Positions 1 through 12,053 of a stretch of DNA of 64,000 nt are shown here, one piece after another (position 1 is the first letter of the stretch; every line of letters starts with the position of its first letter). The notes beneath the pieces are model-generated. The model saw only the letters and a program-made list of their open reading frames with translations, made no database searches and was not told the DNA's origin. The position numbers and the translations under genes were made by a program. This stretch comes from Lama glama (Eukaryota). The stretch lies in NCBI GenBank assembly GCA_028534125.1, contig CM052817.1, forward strand, positions 12,712,001-12,776,000. The letters run 5' to 3'.

Positions 1-232
1 TTGCTCTGTGTAACGAGTACAGGGATCCTATAAGATGAGAATTCTAAAAAGGCATAGTGGAGATGGCTGTTTGCTCCATGGGATGACGTGAATGCCTGAG
101 AGATAGAACCACTGAGGCTGGAGGATACACGTCCAAAATAGCTTCCTTACTTATTGCCTCCTGTCAGGACTGAGATGGCTAAAACTCAAGTAGGCTCAGC
201 TGGGACATGAACATGTGGCATTTCCAACATAC
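1..232 (-). mobile_element. MLT1-type (H/I/J/K group) MaLR LTR fragment
   Basis: Degenerate match to recalled antisense MLT1 motifs (gctggaggat..tccaa, ggctcagctggga, acatgtggc). Truncated by the window start. Confidence 0.6.
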
Positions 233-254
233 AAGCAGAGAATTAAGATGTTAT

Positions 255-565
255 GATACTGAGTGACTGGGGGATTCGTCTGGGAAGTGTTCAGGGAAAG
301 TCTCTCAGAGAAATCAACGAAATTGAGAAACTAAAGATGGATAAGGATCCAGCCAAGTGAAGATGAAGGGGTAGAATTCCAGTCAGAGCTAGTGTAAAGG
401 CCCTGAGGAGAGACGAGAAAGCACAGTCGGATATAGAATAAGATACGGCCATTGATGTGGACAGGGATGGGGTTAAGTGTGGCTTTCTAAGCCAGGTTAA
501 AGAGTTGGGATATTATTATAGATCCATGGGAAGCCATTGGGAAGTTTTGAGTTGGAAAGTGATGG
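255..565 (-). mobile_element. L2 LINE 3' fragment
   Basis: Typical antisense L2 motifs: tcagggaaag-tctctc, gtaaaggccctgagg, gggaagccattgg..gttttga. Confidence 0.7.
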
Positions 566-1433
566 AGTATTAAAATAAAAGAAACAAAATAGAAGGGAAA
601 AAAAAGAAGCACGATAAAAGAAACAACAGCCAAATAGAATCCTACTTCAGTTTCCTCTGACTACATCCATGACGTCTACCTCTAGTATCTTCACAGTGGC
701 TCCAAATTACTGACTTTTTGTCACCTATTTTGATCATTTTTGAAATAGGACATTTAAATGTATGTTCTTCTCTAACAATACATATAAACTATGTTTATAA
801 AATTAATATTCATCTACATTGGGGACAAAAAATTGGGAGGGGGTCTGCTGAATCTCCTAAAAAGATACTGACTTAACTCTAAATCTTGACAAAAGCATTT
901 TATTCATGTATCATTCATTCGGGCATCTATTTTCTCAACCACCTTTCCATTGATGACCAGGTATCAATATCTGCCAATAAGAAAAATAACTGTAACACAG
1001 TTTCTGTTTTCATGGTATCCTTATGATACACAGTAATTTTTTTTTCTCCTTAAAAGTGCTGTTGGAGCACAGAGGAAGGAAAACAGTACCCAACATCCCC
1101 AAGGCAGAAAACACTGAAGACAGTGTGCCCTGGGAAAAGGCACTTAAACTAATTAAAGTGGAATTTATGTCAATTATTTATGTCTTGACCTAAGAAGCTC
1201 TTGTCATACTCATAGAAAACATTGCATCTGGGTGCTTCTAACCAGAGTTACTTAAACAAACTGGAAATGGAAGTCCTCCTTCTGTTCTTTCTGCGCAGAA
1301 TGTTTGTCCATCGTCAACAGTCCTCAGGAGCTGGATTCCTTCCACATGAAAGGAATTCCAAAACTCAACACATTCCTTAGCTTCCAAAGTGGAACCACAA
1401 CTTAGACAATTGTTCCAAATGAATGGAGCATAG

Positions 1434-1454
1434 ACACACACACACACACACACA
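1434..1454. repeat. (CA)n microsatellite
   Basis: About 10 AC units read directly. Confidence 0.95.
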
Positions 1455-1999
1455 ATTTGCCGAGAGAACGAGTGAGAAATGCCTTAGTAATTATTTCTTT
1501 CAGTTGGTTGTTATCTCGTCTTGCATCTCACTTGAAAACATCTACAATTTTTTCTAGGTAAATATATTTGTTCAGACTTAACAGACAATTTTAAAGCTGG
1601 CATTGAACAAAACAAATATTTCAAACTTGAAATTCTAAGTGAGGAATCAGTTCTCATAATCCAATGCCAGCTTCTCAAATGGGATGGATCATTTCATTAT
1701 CACATCCACCCCCAAATCAGGCATGATGTCAGAGTTTCAAAATCAAGATCACTGGAAGTCAGTCATTCATTTTGGATTTTCTGGATTAGATATTTAAATA
1801 TTTGGAATTCACTTTTTTTTATACTAACTTTATCAGAAACATAGCAGCAGAACTTATGCTAGTACCCCTTCCTCTATAACTTACCTTCATAACCCATAAC
1901 CCACACAGACACCCTTTCTAATGTTAAATGTTTCTATGAACAGTTACAATAGTCTTAATAATATGTTATCCCACTTTCTCTCTCAATGGCCATATTACC

Positions 2000-2205
2000 C
2001 AATAGTTTAAAACATGGTGTTTAGAGTCAAATACCTGGGGTCCTACTCTTCTCTCCACACTTGCCATGTGACCTGCCATGTGCCAGGTGAAGAGTCACTT
2101 GTGTCTCTCAGTGTTAGAATGGGCATAGTATATGTAACATTATAACATTACTAAGAGAATGGATTTTGTTAGTATATTTGAAGTATTTAGAAGTGCCCCA
2201 GACAC
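2000..2205 (+). mobile_element. MIR SINE
   Basis: ttagagtcaaatacctggg..., tgtgacct, ctcagt..aatgggcatagta, gaagtatttagaagtgcc..gacac follow the MIR order. Confidence 0.6.
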
Positions 2206-4663
2206 GATTTATTTTTGATCAATACAATATTCCTTGGGACTCAGTTTTTGCTTCTTTTGTTTTTGTTTTGTTTGAGGTACTTATTTCCCTTCCTAGTGTT
2301 CCTGTCTACTCGCATTCCCAAAACTAGAATTGCAGCTTCTCATACTCAAGAATATACCTTTATCATATCTGATTGGTAAAAGCCACTGATAGCTTCAATC
2401 AGAAGTTCAAGGGTCTCCTGAAAATGAGAAGAACTGAGGAGGAAAGTGAGTAGGGAGGGGCACTCAGCATTAGATGTACAGGAGTCCCTGGAAGACTAGG
2501 AGCACTGTGATGTAATCAATGGTCCATCGTCCTGGAGATATATGACCAGGCGTCATAAAGGCTTTCAGTCTGTCCATAGTATCATCAATTCAACATTAAG
2601 GCCAGAGGAATGGGAAAGATAAAACAGAAAAATACTTCTCTTGACTCTTAACTTTTAGGTGATTAAATGTAGGTGAAGGACAGTAAAGAGAATGATAAAT
2701 CAAATATTTAAAAAATATGTTATCAATTATCCTCTCATCAGGGAATACTGGAAGTATGGGAGGCAAGAAAAAAATTGGTTTGTGGAGACATTACAGTGTA
2801 AGGAAAATTAAAATATCAGAGGAATAGATTTCATGAGCCAATCTGTGGATTGAGGAACAGCAGAAGGACTCTTGACAGAGAGGTAAGGAGGCTGGGATGG
2901 GAGTAAGTCAGGTCTCAGAAATACAAATGGTGGCCCCATGAGGAGCATCAACACTACAAAGATCAGGCTCTCTTAGCTACATCATCGTGGTAGAGACTAA
3001 CTTAGAACATAAAGCCAGAATCTGTTATCTTAGTGGCAGTTACTCTGACATTGTTCAGGATCCCAGAGAAGTTCAGCCACTCCTATTTTTCAAACCAGAT
3101 TTCAGGGTCAGTCTTTGATGGAAACCTGTGAAGAATGAGGCAGTATCATACAAATTCTTCCACAGTGATGTTGTCCAGGATAAAAACAGGTTGGCTGGGA
3201 AGCCAATGTTTTTCTGGGTCTAGTACATAATTAGTCATTAATTACAGGTTAATACACATGGAACAGATTTTGAGCACAAACTCTCCACCAAGGCATGAAT
3301 TGATCGACAAAGATGCAGTAACTGAGGCTGAAACTCCCTACATGTGCGTGGTCCACAGTCAGACTCCCAGGAATGAAGCTGGTCTCTTATCACAATTTAC
3401 CTGCCTAAATTTGAGATCACCAGTGGATCATCAACCAAAATATACTACTTCCGCTCTGTGTCCTCTTCTCACAGTCTTTCAACTGAAGAATGGGCTGAGA
3501 AGTGGGTTGCTAGGACATGTGTGTATTTGATTTATCTGTACATTTCAGGTCCCCAACACAATGTGAGCAGAGATAAGGTACCCAGTGCAGCTTTGTTAAG
3601 TGAGTAAATACATGAACATACAAACTGAACCTTGAGAAGAAGGAGGAACAAATGATTGAATGAAGGAGTGAATGAAACAATGGTAGGTTTGTCAAAGATC
3701 TTTGATGAAATAATAAAGTGAATAAGTCGAACATTACTGTTCCTGGGAGCAATTGTGCTATGGAGAAAAAACTCAATATTTTGTATCGCTAAATCAGGTT
3801 CAGTCAGCTGACTAGTTTTGCTAAATATGTGTTGGGTTCTGCATATTTTTCTGCCTCATTGAATAAAGCTTTGTTGTAAAAGTTAGCTTTAAATTGATCC
3901 CTGAAGAAGGCTATCCAAAAATAGCCCAGCATGCGAAGTCCAGCATGTTGTTTCTTTCACTTCCCTCGGCTACTCCCCTATGAAAAATATTTTGATTTAG
4001 TTGGTTCATTTCACGTGATGGCAGTATGAATGATCACTTTATAGCGGACATCAGCAAAAGGATAGGAGTTTATCATTAATACAGAGTGAAACTGAAACTA
4101 TTTTAGCCTCCCTCTGCTTTTGTTGAAGATAAATGATTATGATGTCAGTACAATTTGAAAGAATATTCAATTAGAAGCTGAAAAATACCTAGAAGTTTCA
4201 ATTTCCTCCTATCACAAGGCCTGGATTCTCATGGACTCTAAAAAGTGAGATGATTCTCTCATTCTTATAATACAAATGGCTTTTCGGTAACTAGTTTCAG
4301 AACCCACTGAGTGGAAAAAATTCCTCTTCGTTTATGATGGTTTTACACTTACAGCTGACTACATAATTTGGCTTTCTTCTGGATGCTTTCCTAACATAGC
4401 TCAGATTAACGGAACACACTACACCATAGACACTCACCAAAGGAAACAAAGACACAATATAAATACATGACTTCTGCCCACATGTGGATTTTAAGACTTT
4501 ACCATTACACTCTTAGAGGATGCCTGCAGCGTTTCTTTTTGGAACTCTGAGAGGCGTGTTCAAGGCGATAATTGGGAAAAGAGCAATCAGGTCTACCTTC
4601 CCTGGGAGACGATACTGGAGCTGAAAGTTGTTGCATGTTTATTTGTGTCAACCCTGAACTAAG

Positions 4664-5123
4664 TGTGATGGGCTAAATAATGATCCCCACCAAAGATGTG
4701 CACGTCCTTAGTCCCAAGACCTGTGAATATGTTGCTTATCTGGCAAAATGCCCTCTGTGCATGTGGTTAAGTTAATGACCTTGAGGTGGCTAGATTATCA
4801 TGGTGGGTAATGACAGAGTTTCTTAGAAGCAGAAGGTCAGAGACTAGTGAAGGGAGCAGGCAATGTGATAAGGGAAGAAAAGATTGGCGCGAGTCACAAG
4901 CAAAACAATGACAGGCGACAGCCCATAAAAGCTAGAAGAGGAAAGGCATGTGTTCTGTTCTGAAGGCTCTGGATGGAATATTTCTGTTGACCCCTTGATT
5001 TCAGCCCTGTAAGGCCTATTTTTGGCCTTCTGATCTCTGGAACAGAAAGAGAATAAACAGGTGTTGTTTTAAACCACTAAGTCTGTGATCATTTGTTACA
5101 GAAGTAATAGGAAGCTCATTGAA
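4664..5123 (+). mobile_element. MLT1D/C-type MaLR solo LTR
   Basis: Starts tgtgatgggctaaataatg..caaagatgtgcacgtccttagtccc; ends gttttaaaccactaagtctgtg..tttgttacag..aataggaa. Confidence 0.85.
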
Positions 5124-5174
5124 TATTTTTGCATTATCTTATGAAGGGTTCCTGACACTACAAAGGAAGAGCAC

Positions 5175-5300
5175 AATCTCCATTTTATAGGGACACCCAA
5201 GGCTGGGAGAGGCTCACCCACGTTCTCACCGCTGATCAGTAATGGGGTTAAGACTCGAATCCAGACTTCCCGGCCAATAAACCCCGTAACTTTTCCACAG
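5175..5300 (-). mobile_element. MIR fragment
   Basis: ctccattttatag...aggctgggagagg...agactcgaatccagac resembles the antisense MIR core. Confidence 0.55.
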
Positions 5301-5519
5301 ACCATTGTAACCGATAACTTGGTCCAGACTTTCCCTCTTACACACCAATGTCAACCAGAGAGACTGTTCACACGTATGAGTCCACTCTGTCCTGTAAACC
5401 ATTGTTGCTACTGGATGAATGTCACACTGTGTGGATTATCCTGAAATCTTGCTTTCATTTAAAATGCCTTCTGTCACTCAACTACAGATCTGGGGGTTAT
5501 TTGCCATGCACACAGAGGC

Positions 5520-6430
5520 CGGGGGAAAAAAAAGAGAAGAAAGTGAAAGCCAGGGCAAACCTCACTTTGTGAATTACGGCCCAGGATCAGTTTTCCGACA
5601 GCATCCGAGTCTGGAGGAATGAGTGCAGGGCTTTTATTTTTCCCTTTACAACTTCAGCAGGATGCTCCTCCAACAACCAGCCCCTCCTGCCGAAACAACG
5701 GGCTTTGAGGGGTTCATAGAAATGATTGAAACGGATCCCTGCTCCCTGAGCTACCGGGGAGCTGTCGCTGATATTCCTAAGGGCAGTTTGGCCTTCCTCC
5801 GGGAGAGACGATGTCTGATTTACTGCAGTGCCTACTGTGATGCCTGCGTCGCTTGACTTCCCGCCTGGCCAGTGGGAAACACCTGCAGAAGAGGGCCTCC
5901 CTTGGCGGCTGCTTTCAGTGGGAGAGAGGAGGCCAGCCCAACATCTGTCTTTCTTATCTGCTGCTGATGTGCACAAGAGTGCATGTTTCTTGGTGGTGGT
6001 TTGTCAGTGAGGCTTTCAAGCATGGAAGTTGTTCCTGCTCTGCTTCTTTGTTTAGATCCTTCTGCAGCTCATTTGGGATCCTCAGGTAATAAAAATCATC
6101 CCTCCCGCCTGATGTTCCAGCAGAGGATGTCAAAGCAGATCCACATTTTATAGACTAGTTTCCCCTAAAATGTTTCCACTGTTTTCATTATAAAGATGAC
6201 GTCGCAGGGAGCAGGACTGAGACACGTGGATGTGTGGCATTTCGTCCACCATCATGCTCGTCATGAGGTCTTGACAAGCATGGGATCAGGGTGCTCAGAA
6301 GTGCAACAGTAACCAGTATTTCCTTTATATTTTCCTTCCATCAGTTTCCCTACGTCTCCCCCGTCATCAAATGTTTTCATTGGGAGTGAATAAAGCAGTC
6401 TTCAGCAACTTTTGTGACTTATGCCTCGTC
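5520..6430. promoter_or_regulatory. CpG-enriched unique block; candidate promoter, enhancer or exon of an unidentified transcript
   Basis: About 15 CpGs in 5520-5910 and about 24 in 5520-6430 by manual count. No repeat recognised. Plus-strand acceptor at 5657/5660 and donor at 6085|6086. Confidence 0.35.
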
Positions 6431-7579
6431 TGTTTCATCAGTTCCAAACTTGGCTTATGAGGAATTTGGGGGGAAAAAAAGTAAAACAAACTTCTAGAAT
6501 AACGATCTCTAGCCTATTGTTCTTTCCTCATTTGTAAATTTCTGGTTTGCTACTATACAGAGGAGACATAAAAAGAAGAATCCGTAATGAGTTTTAAGAA
6601 AAGCTGCAGGAAGATTTTAAAAAGATAATATGAATTTGGGGAGAAAAATGCTGGTAAGAAATAGAGGATAAATAGTATAAATTAAAAAAAAAATCAGCCA
6701 TTGGGAAAATACCAGAAGGTAACATTAGTTGTTTTGATTCCTAACATTTAAAATACGCAGAGGAAAAATTTGGGAAGAGAGTAAAGATGATCAAAACATA
6801 CATGCTTACGTGCATTGTAGTTCAAGTGTTTCTATAATCACTGAAAAGAAATACAAATCGAAAATCAATACCAATTTCCCAGAGAAGAGAAATCCAGTCA
6901 GGTGGAGTTTGTTAGAAGATGATTCTGGAACATCTAATGACGAACCTGTGCCCATTTTTAATCAGAATTGAAGAAGATGATAACGCATACCTTTGAGTGA
7001 GATTTGGAGAGCTTGCTGTGAATCTGCTTTGTATTTTGAAGCTGGGACGTTTTCAGATTCTTCCACTGGTTTCTTAACAGAGCAACACAAAAATCAGTTG
7101 TATCTACCTTGGCATCTCATGGATGACTCCATGTGCTATGGGGCTACATTCAGTTGCCTAGCCTGAGTCCACAGCCTCCTGTGGACCCCCACTGCAGTCT
7201 TATCGACAATAATGAATCCTGATTCATTTTCTCCGTCTCCATTTCAAACGCATCTTTTTTCCATAGAGAGATCTCTCCTTCCTTAGAGGCCCAACTGATG
7301 CTGTAACAATGTATTTCAAGGATAGAATTTAAAGAAATCTAGCCTGAGTTCTATTTATCTACATATGTATACTTTCTACTGGTCGGCAAACTCTTCCAGA
7401 AGATGAATTGTGCCATTTTTTCTCTTCTGTCTTCTCAAGTAAATCCTACAATGTCTAGAACAGAGATGACAAAAAATGTGTATTGCAAAATGGCAAATCC
7501 TTAGATTTTGTTTTTGACTTTTTATTACCTAATTGCATCTAAATTGTTCAGTATGAGACAAGTGATGGAAAGGAGCAGC

Positions 7580-7830
7580 AATAGATCATAATGGCCATTT
7601 TTTTCTGAACCTACCATGCTCAGGGCTCTACGGTAATCTCTTTATTTAAGTTACCACATCTAATTCTTATAACAATTATTCTTTCAAGAATAACTTGAGT
7701 ACCTACTATGTGCAAATCCAAATACACATCACACTCCTATTTTGCATCTGAGCAAAATGAGACTTAGAAAAGTTAAGATCACAGAGCTAGTAAATAGGCT
7801 AGGATTCAGACTTGGATGTGTTTTAATCCC
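7580..7830 (-). mobile_element. MIR SINE
   Basis: atggccattt..ctaccatgc, cctattttgca..tgagacttagaaaagttaag, cacagagctagtaa, ggattcaga. Confidence 0.7.
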
Positions 7831-8157
7831 AATCTTTTTATTAAAGGATCTAATTAGAAATAAACTATTCTTAACTAAACAAAGCAAAGAGAAGATAACT
7901 TGAAAATGTATTCCTAGTCCTTCACAGGCACATTGATTTATATTTCTTTTCTAAAGGTAAAAAAAGGAAAAAATATTCCAAAACATCCTTTAAAAATGCC
8001 TATGGCTTATAACTTCTGTCCAATTGTTAGAACATATTTTATATACAAATAATTTTAAACTTTTAATAAACTATTAGTCAATCCTTTCTTACAAATAAGA
8101 AAGAAGAAAATGTGATCACCATTCTCTGTGGTCAATATTTTATGACTTTTATTTTTT

Positions 8158-8257
8158 NNNNNNNNNNNNNNNNNNNNNNNNNNNNNNNNNNNNNNNNNNN
8201 NNNNNNNNNNNNNNNNNNNNNNNNNNNNNNNNNNNNNNNNNNNNNNNNNNNNNNNNN
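8158..8257. other. Assembly gap (100 N)
   Basis: Run of N. The left flank ends in a T-run and the right flank starts mid-LTR, so the true size is unknown. Confidence 1.
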
Positions 8258-8319
8258 CGCAGTAGGATAGAAGAAAGCAGACTCTTGCTATTTAGTGCAA
8301 GCAAAAGTCCATGGGAATA

Positions 8320-9584
8320 CAGTTGGTTCTCTTCATTACATTGGTTACATTCTATAAAGTTGCAACCAACACTAAATTAACACATATTAAACTATTGTTC
8401 CTAGGTGAAACACAGGACTACAGATCTAATTTCCCATGAGCCTCTGGTCACAGCATTCTCATAAACCAGTCAATGGTTTAATTGTTCTCTCTCTGTTTCT
8501 GTTTAACCCTACTTTATTTTATTTTTTTTGACATTTTTTATTGAGTTATAGTCATTTTACAACATTGTGTCAAATTCCAGTGTAGAGCACAATTTTTCAG
8601 TTATATATGAACATACATATATTCATTGTTGCATTCTTTTTTGCTGTGAGCTACCACAAGATCTTGTATATATTTCCCTGTGCTGTACAGTATAATCTTG
8701 TTTATCTGTTTGGCATATGCCTGTCAGTATCTACAAATTTCGAACTCCCCGTCTGTCCCTTCCCACCTCCCTCCCCCTTGGCAACTACAAGTTTGTATTC
8801 TATGTCTATGAGTCTATTTCTCTTTTGTATTTATGTTCTTTTCTTTTTTTAGATTCTACATATGAGCGATCTCATATGGTATTTTTCTTTCTCTTTCTGG
8901 CTTACTTCACTTAGAATGGCCTTCTCTAGGGACATCCATGTTGCTGTAAATGGCATTATGTTGTCATTTTTATGGCTGAATAGTATTCCGTTGTATAAAT
9001 ATACCACATCTTCTTTATCCAGTCTTCTGTTGATGGACATTTAGGTTGTTTCCATGTCTTGGCTATTGTACATAGTGCTGCTATGAACATTGGGGTGCAG
9101 GTGTCTTTTTGAAGTCATTAACCCTACTTTATTTAGTAAATATTGTTGATTTATTAACATGCCCAACAGCACTATGTCTCCTGCTTGAATGAAGCTTATC
9201 TAACACACATTTTTTCTCCATAAGTCATAATATCACAGCCTTCTAGCTGTTAGGAACTCTTGACAGAACTTCAGCTATGGCTTGGGGACATTTTAAACTG
9301 TAAAATTATCCCCCAAGAAACAGAAATATGTAGGGGAAAAAAAAAACTTGGCACTAGGTAGACCTCAAAAAGGACACATGTTTACAAAACAAGAGCTCAA
9401 ACAGTCAGAGCTCCACCATGTTCAACTTCAGCTGAGAATGTATACATTGGATGACAAATATTGTGCTGTTTTGGGCTATAGATGACTAGGAAATCATTGT
9501 GCATGTTCATTTGGGGATTATAAATACATTTAACAAGTAGAAGTGTTCACAAATACAAAGCCCATGAATAATGAGGAAGGACAC
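8320..9584. mobile_element. MER82 (TcMar-Tigger) DNA transposon, interrupted by an L1
   Basis: TA|CAGTTG start; ttctataaagttgc, gagcctctggtcaca, gaagcttatctaacacac, aaaaggacacatgtttaca and ..gaataatgagga match the recalled MER82 consensus in order. Confidence 0.85.
8520..9117 (-). mobile_element. Young camelid-type L1, 5'-truncated (ORF2 C-terminus plus 3' UTR)
   Basis: T-rich tail at 8520; L1 3' motifs (tggctgaatagtattcc, tttccatgtcttggctattgt). Perfect 17-bp TSD ttaaccctactttattt at 8503-8519 and 9118-9134. Confidence 0.95.
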
Positions 9585-10840
9585 TTAAGTCTTATTGGTT
9601 GTGTTTGACTAAGCCTGAGTCACTTACCCACTCCTGCATGAAAAGACAGTGATGTCTGCTTCCTTGAAACGACATGGACAACTCAGTAAGTTCAGGATGG
9701 CTGCCTAGAGAAAACAGATGGGGTTAGTGAAGAAGGGGAGATTGGATAGCACACAGGAAAAAGATTTAGATATCCATATCACCCCCTTTCAGCCCACACC
9801 TTCCCAGGCAAGAGAGATCTGTTTCTTAAGACTTTTACTGTTTTAAAAGTCTCTTCTCTTCGCTTCTAGCTTTCTTCATGTGCAATTGATTGGCTATATA
9901 TCTAGGGATTCATGCAGGAAATGTGTACCCCAGGTAATATTTAGTATTAAGTGTAAAATCATCAAACTATTATTTATAATAGTATACATTACATCAAAGT
10001 TTATTCGTAACTCTCCTTTAAAGGTAAAATGTATTTTGGGATGATTCTGTTCTTTTTTCTTTTGTTAGAAACTAATAACTAGTGAAATTACTGAGAAGTA
10101 GAGTTCTTACATTATCTTAAAAATAACTGACTGTCTTGTACTTACGTCAGGCCAAATTCATCTTTTTTTTTTTTTAAGAGAGAGCAATAGTGCTTATATT
10201 GACTTATTGTGTCTCAGATCCTAGACTTGTTAAATTTCTAGATGGTACTTTTTATGATCAGAAGCTCTTCTGAGACAAGGAAACTGAGGCTTAGCTCAGT
10301 CGAATAACTTCACTCCTTTATGTAAAGATTCAGTTAGTGCTTACTGAGTGTCTTTTTAGTGTGCTAGGATTGTGGTAGGTGTTGGAGACCCAGTGCTCAC
10401 AAAGTCATTAATGCACTCACTCAGGAAATCATTCTTAAAGATATCTTTATGCTACTTGGACTAGGTCAGAGGAAAATGAAGTCCTCACCTTTATAGAGTG
10501 TGAAGCACAATATGAGAAATGCTTTCCAGAGGTGAGCACAGTTTGCATCAGTAGCCTACATATAGAAGCAGAGATGAAGGTCGGTAAAGAATGACATTTC
10601 GCTGACATCTTGGAGGGCGAGTAAGTGTGTCTGAGGTGGTCAAGAGGTTTGGAAGTCATTTGAGCAGCTTTCTAATTTTTGTTTGACTCAAGTCCTTTGC
10701 ATGTGTATGGGGGATGGTATTTCCCTTCCTTGTGAAATGTGAGTGGGAGAGCGACTACTAGGCAAAAGCTCTCAGAACCAACCTGCTGGGGAAACAGTAG
10801 GTGCTCCCATGCATTGGGACCAGGGCTTCCCATGGGAATG

Positions 10841-11060
10841 CAGGGCTTCTCAGCCACTGGTCATCAGAAAAACAGTTCCCTGGGGTATTGATTAGTATTT
10901 TGGGCAAAACGGTTCTGAGATCAAATGCATGCCAAAAATCATTGTATTAAAAAGGTTAAATGTGTACCTTTACTGCAGTATTTCCTGGGACTCTTAATAT
11001 GCTGGTGAGTCTGATGAAATTACAACAGGAAGATCTGATATGTAGCACATGTTTTTACCC
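10841..11060. mobile_element. MER103C-like hAT-Charlie element
   Basis: ggttctgagatcaaat, aggttaaa..ctttactgcag..tttcct..ttaatatgct match the recalled MER103C consensus. Confidence 0.65.
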
Positions 11061-11159
11061 AGGTCACTAAATCCACAAGATACTTTCCAGTCCTTACATT
11101 ATTTGACTGCTGAGGAATGTTTGACACTGTTGCCCTTTCTTTCCTAAAATGTCTTGGTT

Positions 11160-11440
11160 TGTTTATTCATCCAAGTGTGTATTAACTATTCCACTAACTG
11201 TGTGTTGACCATGTGGCAGGTGCTGGGCCCTGTGCGGGTCACTGAAGGCATGTAGGCATGCCTCACACGTAGGCACGACCCATTCTTTCATGGGGGTTTT
11301 TGTCCACTGGTGGAGGTGGATTTACCCCACCTAAAGGATGCTTAATTCAGTTCAAGATAAGTAATTTTGAAAGGGAGAATCTTATAACCAAGGAGATCGA
11401 TCTACCCAGAAGGAAGATGAGATGGAACTACTGAGGAGTG
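11160..11440 (-). mobile_element. L2 3' end
   Basis: ttattcatcc..gaccatgtggcaggtgctgggccctgtgcggg, tcatgggg..tgtccactggtggag. Confidence 0.5.
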
Positions 11441-11689
11441 GGCTGCACGTGAGAGACAAGAATTGTATTAGCACCCACGGTGACTAGTCCATAGTATTTT
11501 ATATATATATATATATAATTTATTTATTTATTTATATTTAATGATTGAAATAATTATTTAACACATTCTACCTTCACTCTCCCATAGTTTTTTCACAATT
11601 TGAAAAATGAGGCCCTGATTCACAATTTTCCAGTTCCCCAATTTAGAAAGTAACACCCTAATTGAATGATTTTCCAACTTTAATTTTAA

Positions 11690-11813
11690 TATGAATCATC
11701 TAAGAATCCTGTAAAACTGCAGTGGGTCTAGGATGTGGTTTACAGTTTTTCAATTCTAACACCTCCCAGATAAGGCTGATACGGGTGACCCCTGGAATGC
11801 GCTTGAGTAGCAA
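11690..11813. mobile_element. MER5A-like hAT-Charlie element
   Basis: gaatcatct..gtaaaactgcag, ttctaacacctcccagata, cttgagtagcaa. Confidence 0.6.
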
Positions 11814-11881
11814 TGTCCAAAGCATCGAGTTCAAACCTGAACATACAGAGCAGAGTGAACTCAGCACATTACATTCTGTAT

Positions 11882-12053
11882 CACTGGTTCTCATATTGCC
11901 ACCCATAAAAATAATCTTGAATGTTTAAAAAAATACACTGCCTAGACTCCATCACTAGAGATTTGGAATCAACTGATCTTCAATAAGGGATGAGCATTGA
12001 GAGTCTGAAACAGATCCCCTTCCAAGCCTAATGAAGAGCCATGGCTGAGATCC
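11882..12053. mobile_element. MER5B-like hAT-Charlie element
   Basis: cactggttctca..tttaaaaaaatacactgcctagactcc..agagattt..ctaatgaagagccatggctgagatcc. Confidence 0.55.

Larger units (their letters stand above)
8258..9781 (-). mobile_element. MLT1J/K-type LTR, split by MER82 (pieces 8258-8317 and ~9586-9781)
   Basis: gcaaaagtcc..gga continues after MER82 as tcttattgg..gcctgagtcacttaccca...gaagaaggggagattggat...agatatcca. Confidence 0.55.

Noticed and set aside
5587..5976. 129-aa minus-strand ORF
   Set aside because: It starts at TTG with an in-frame stop just upstream and resembles no protein I know.
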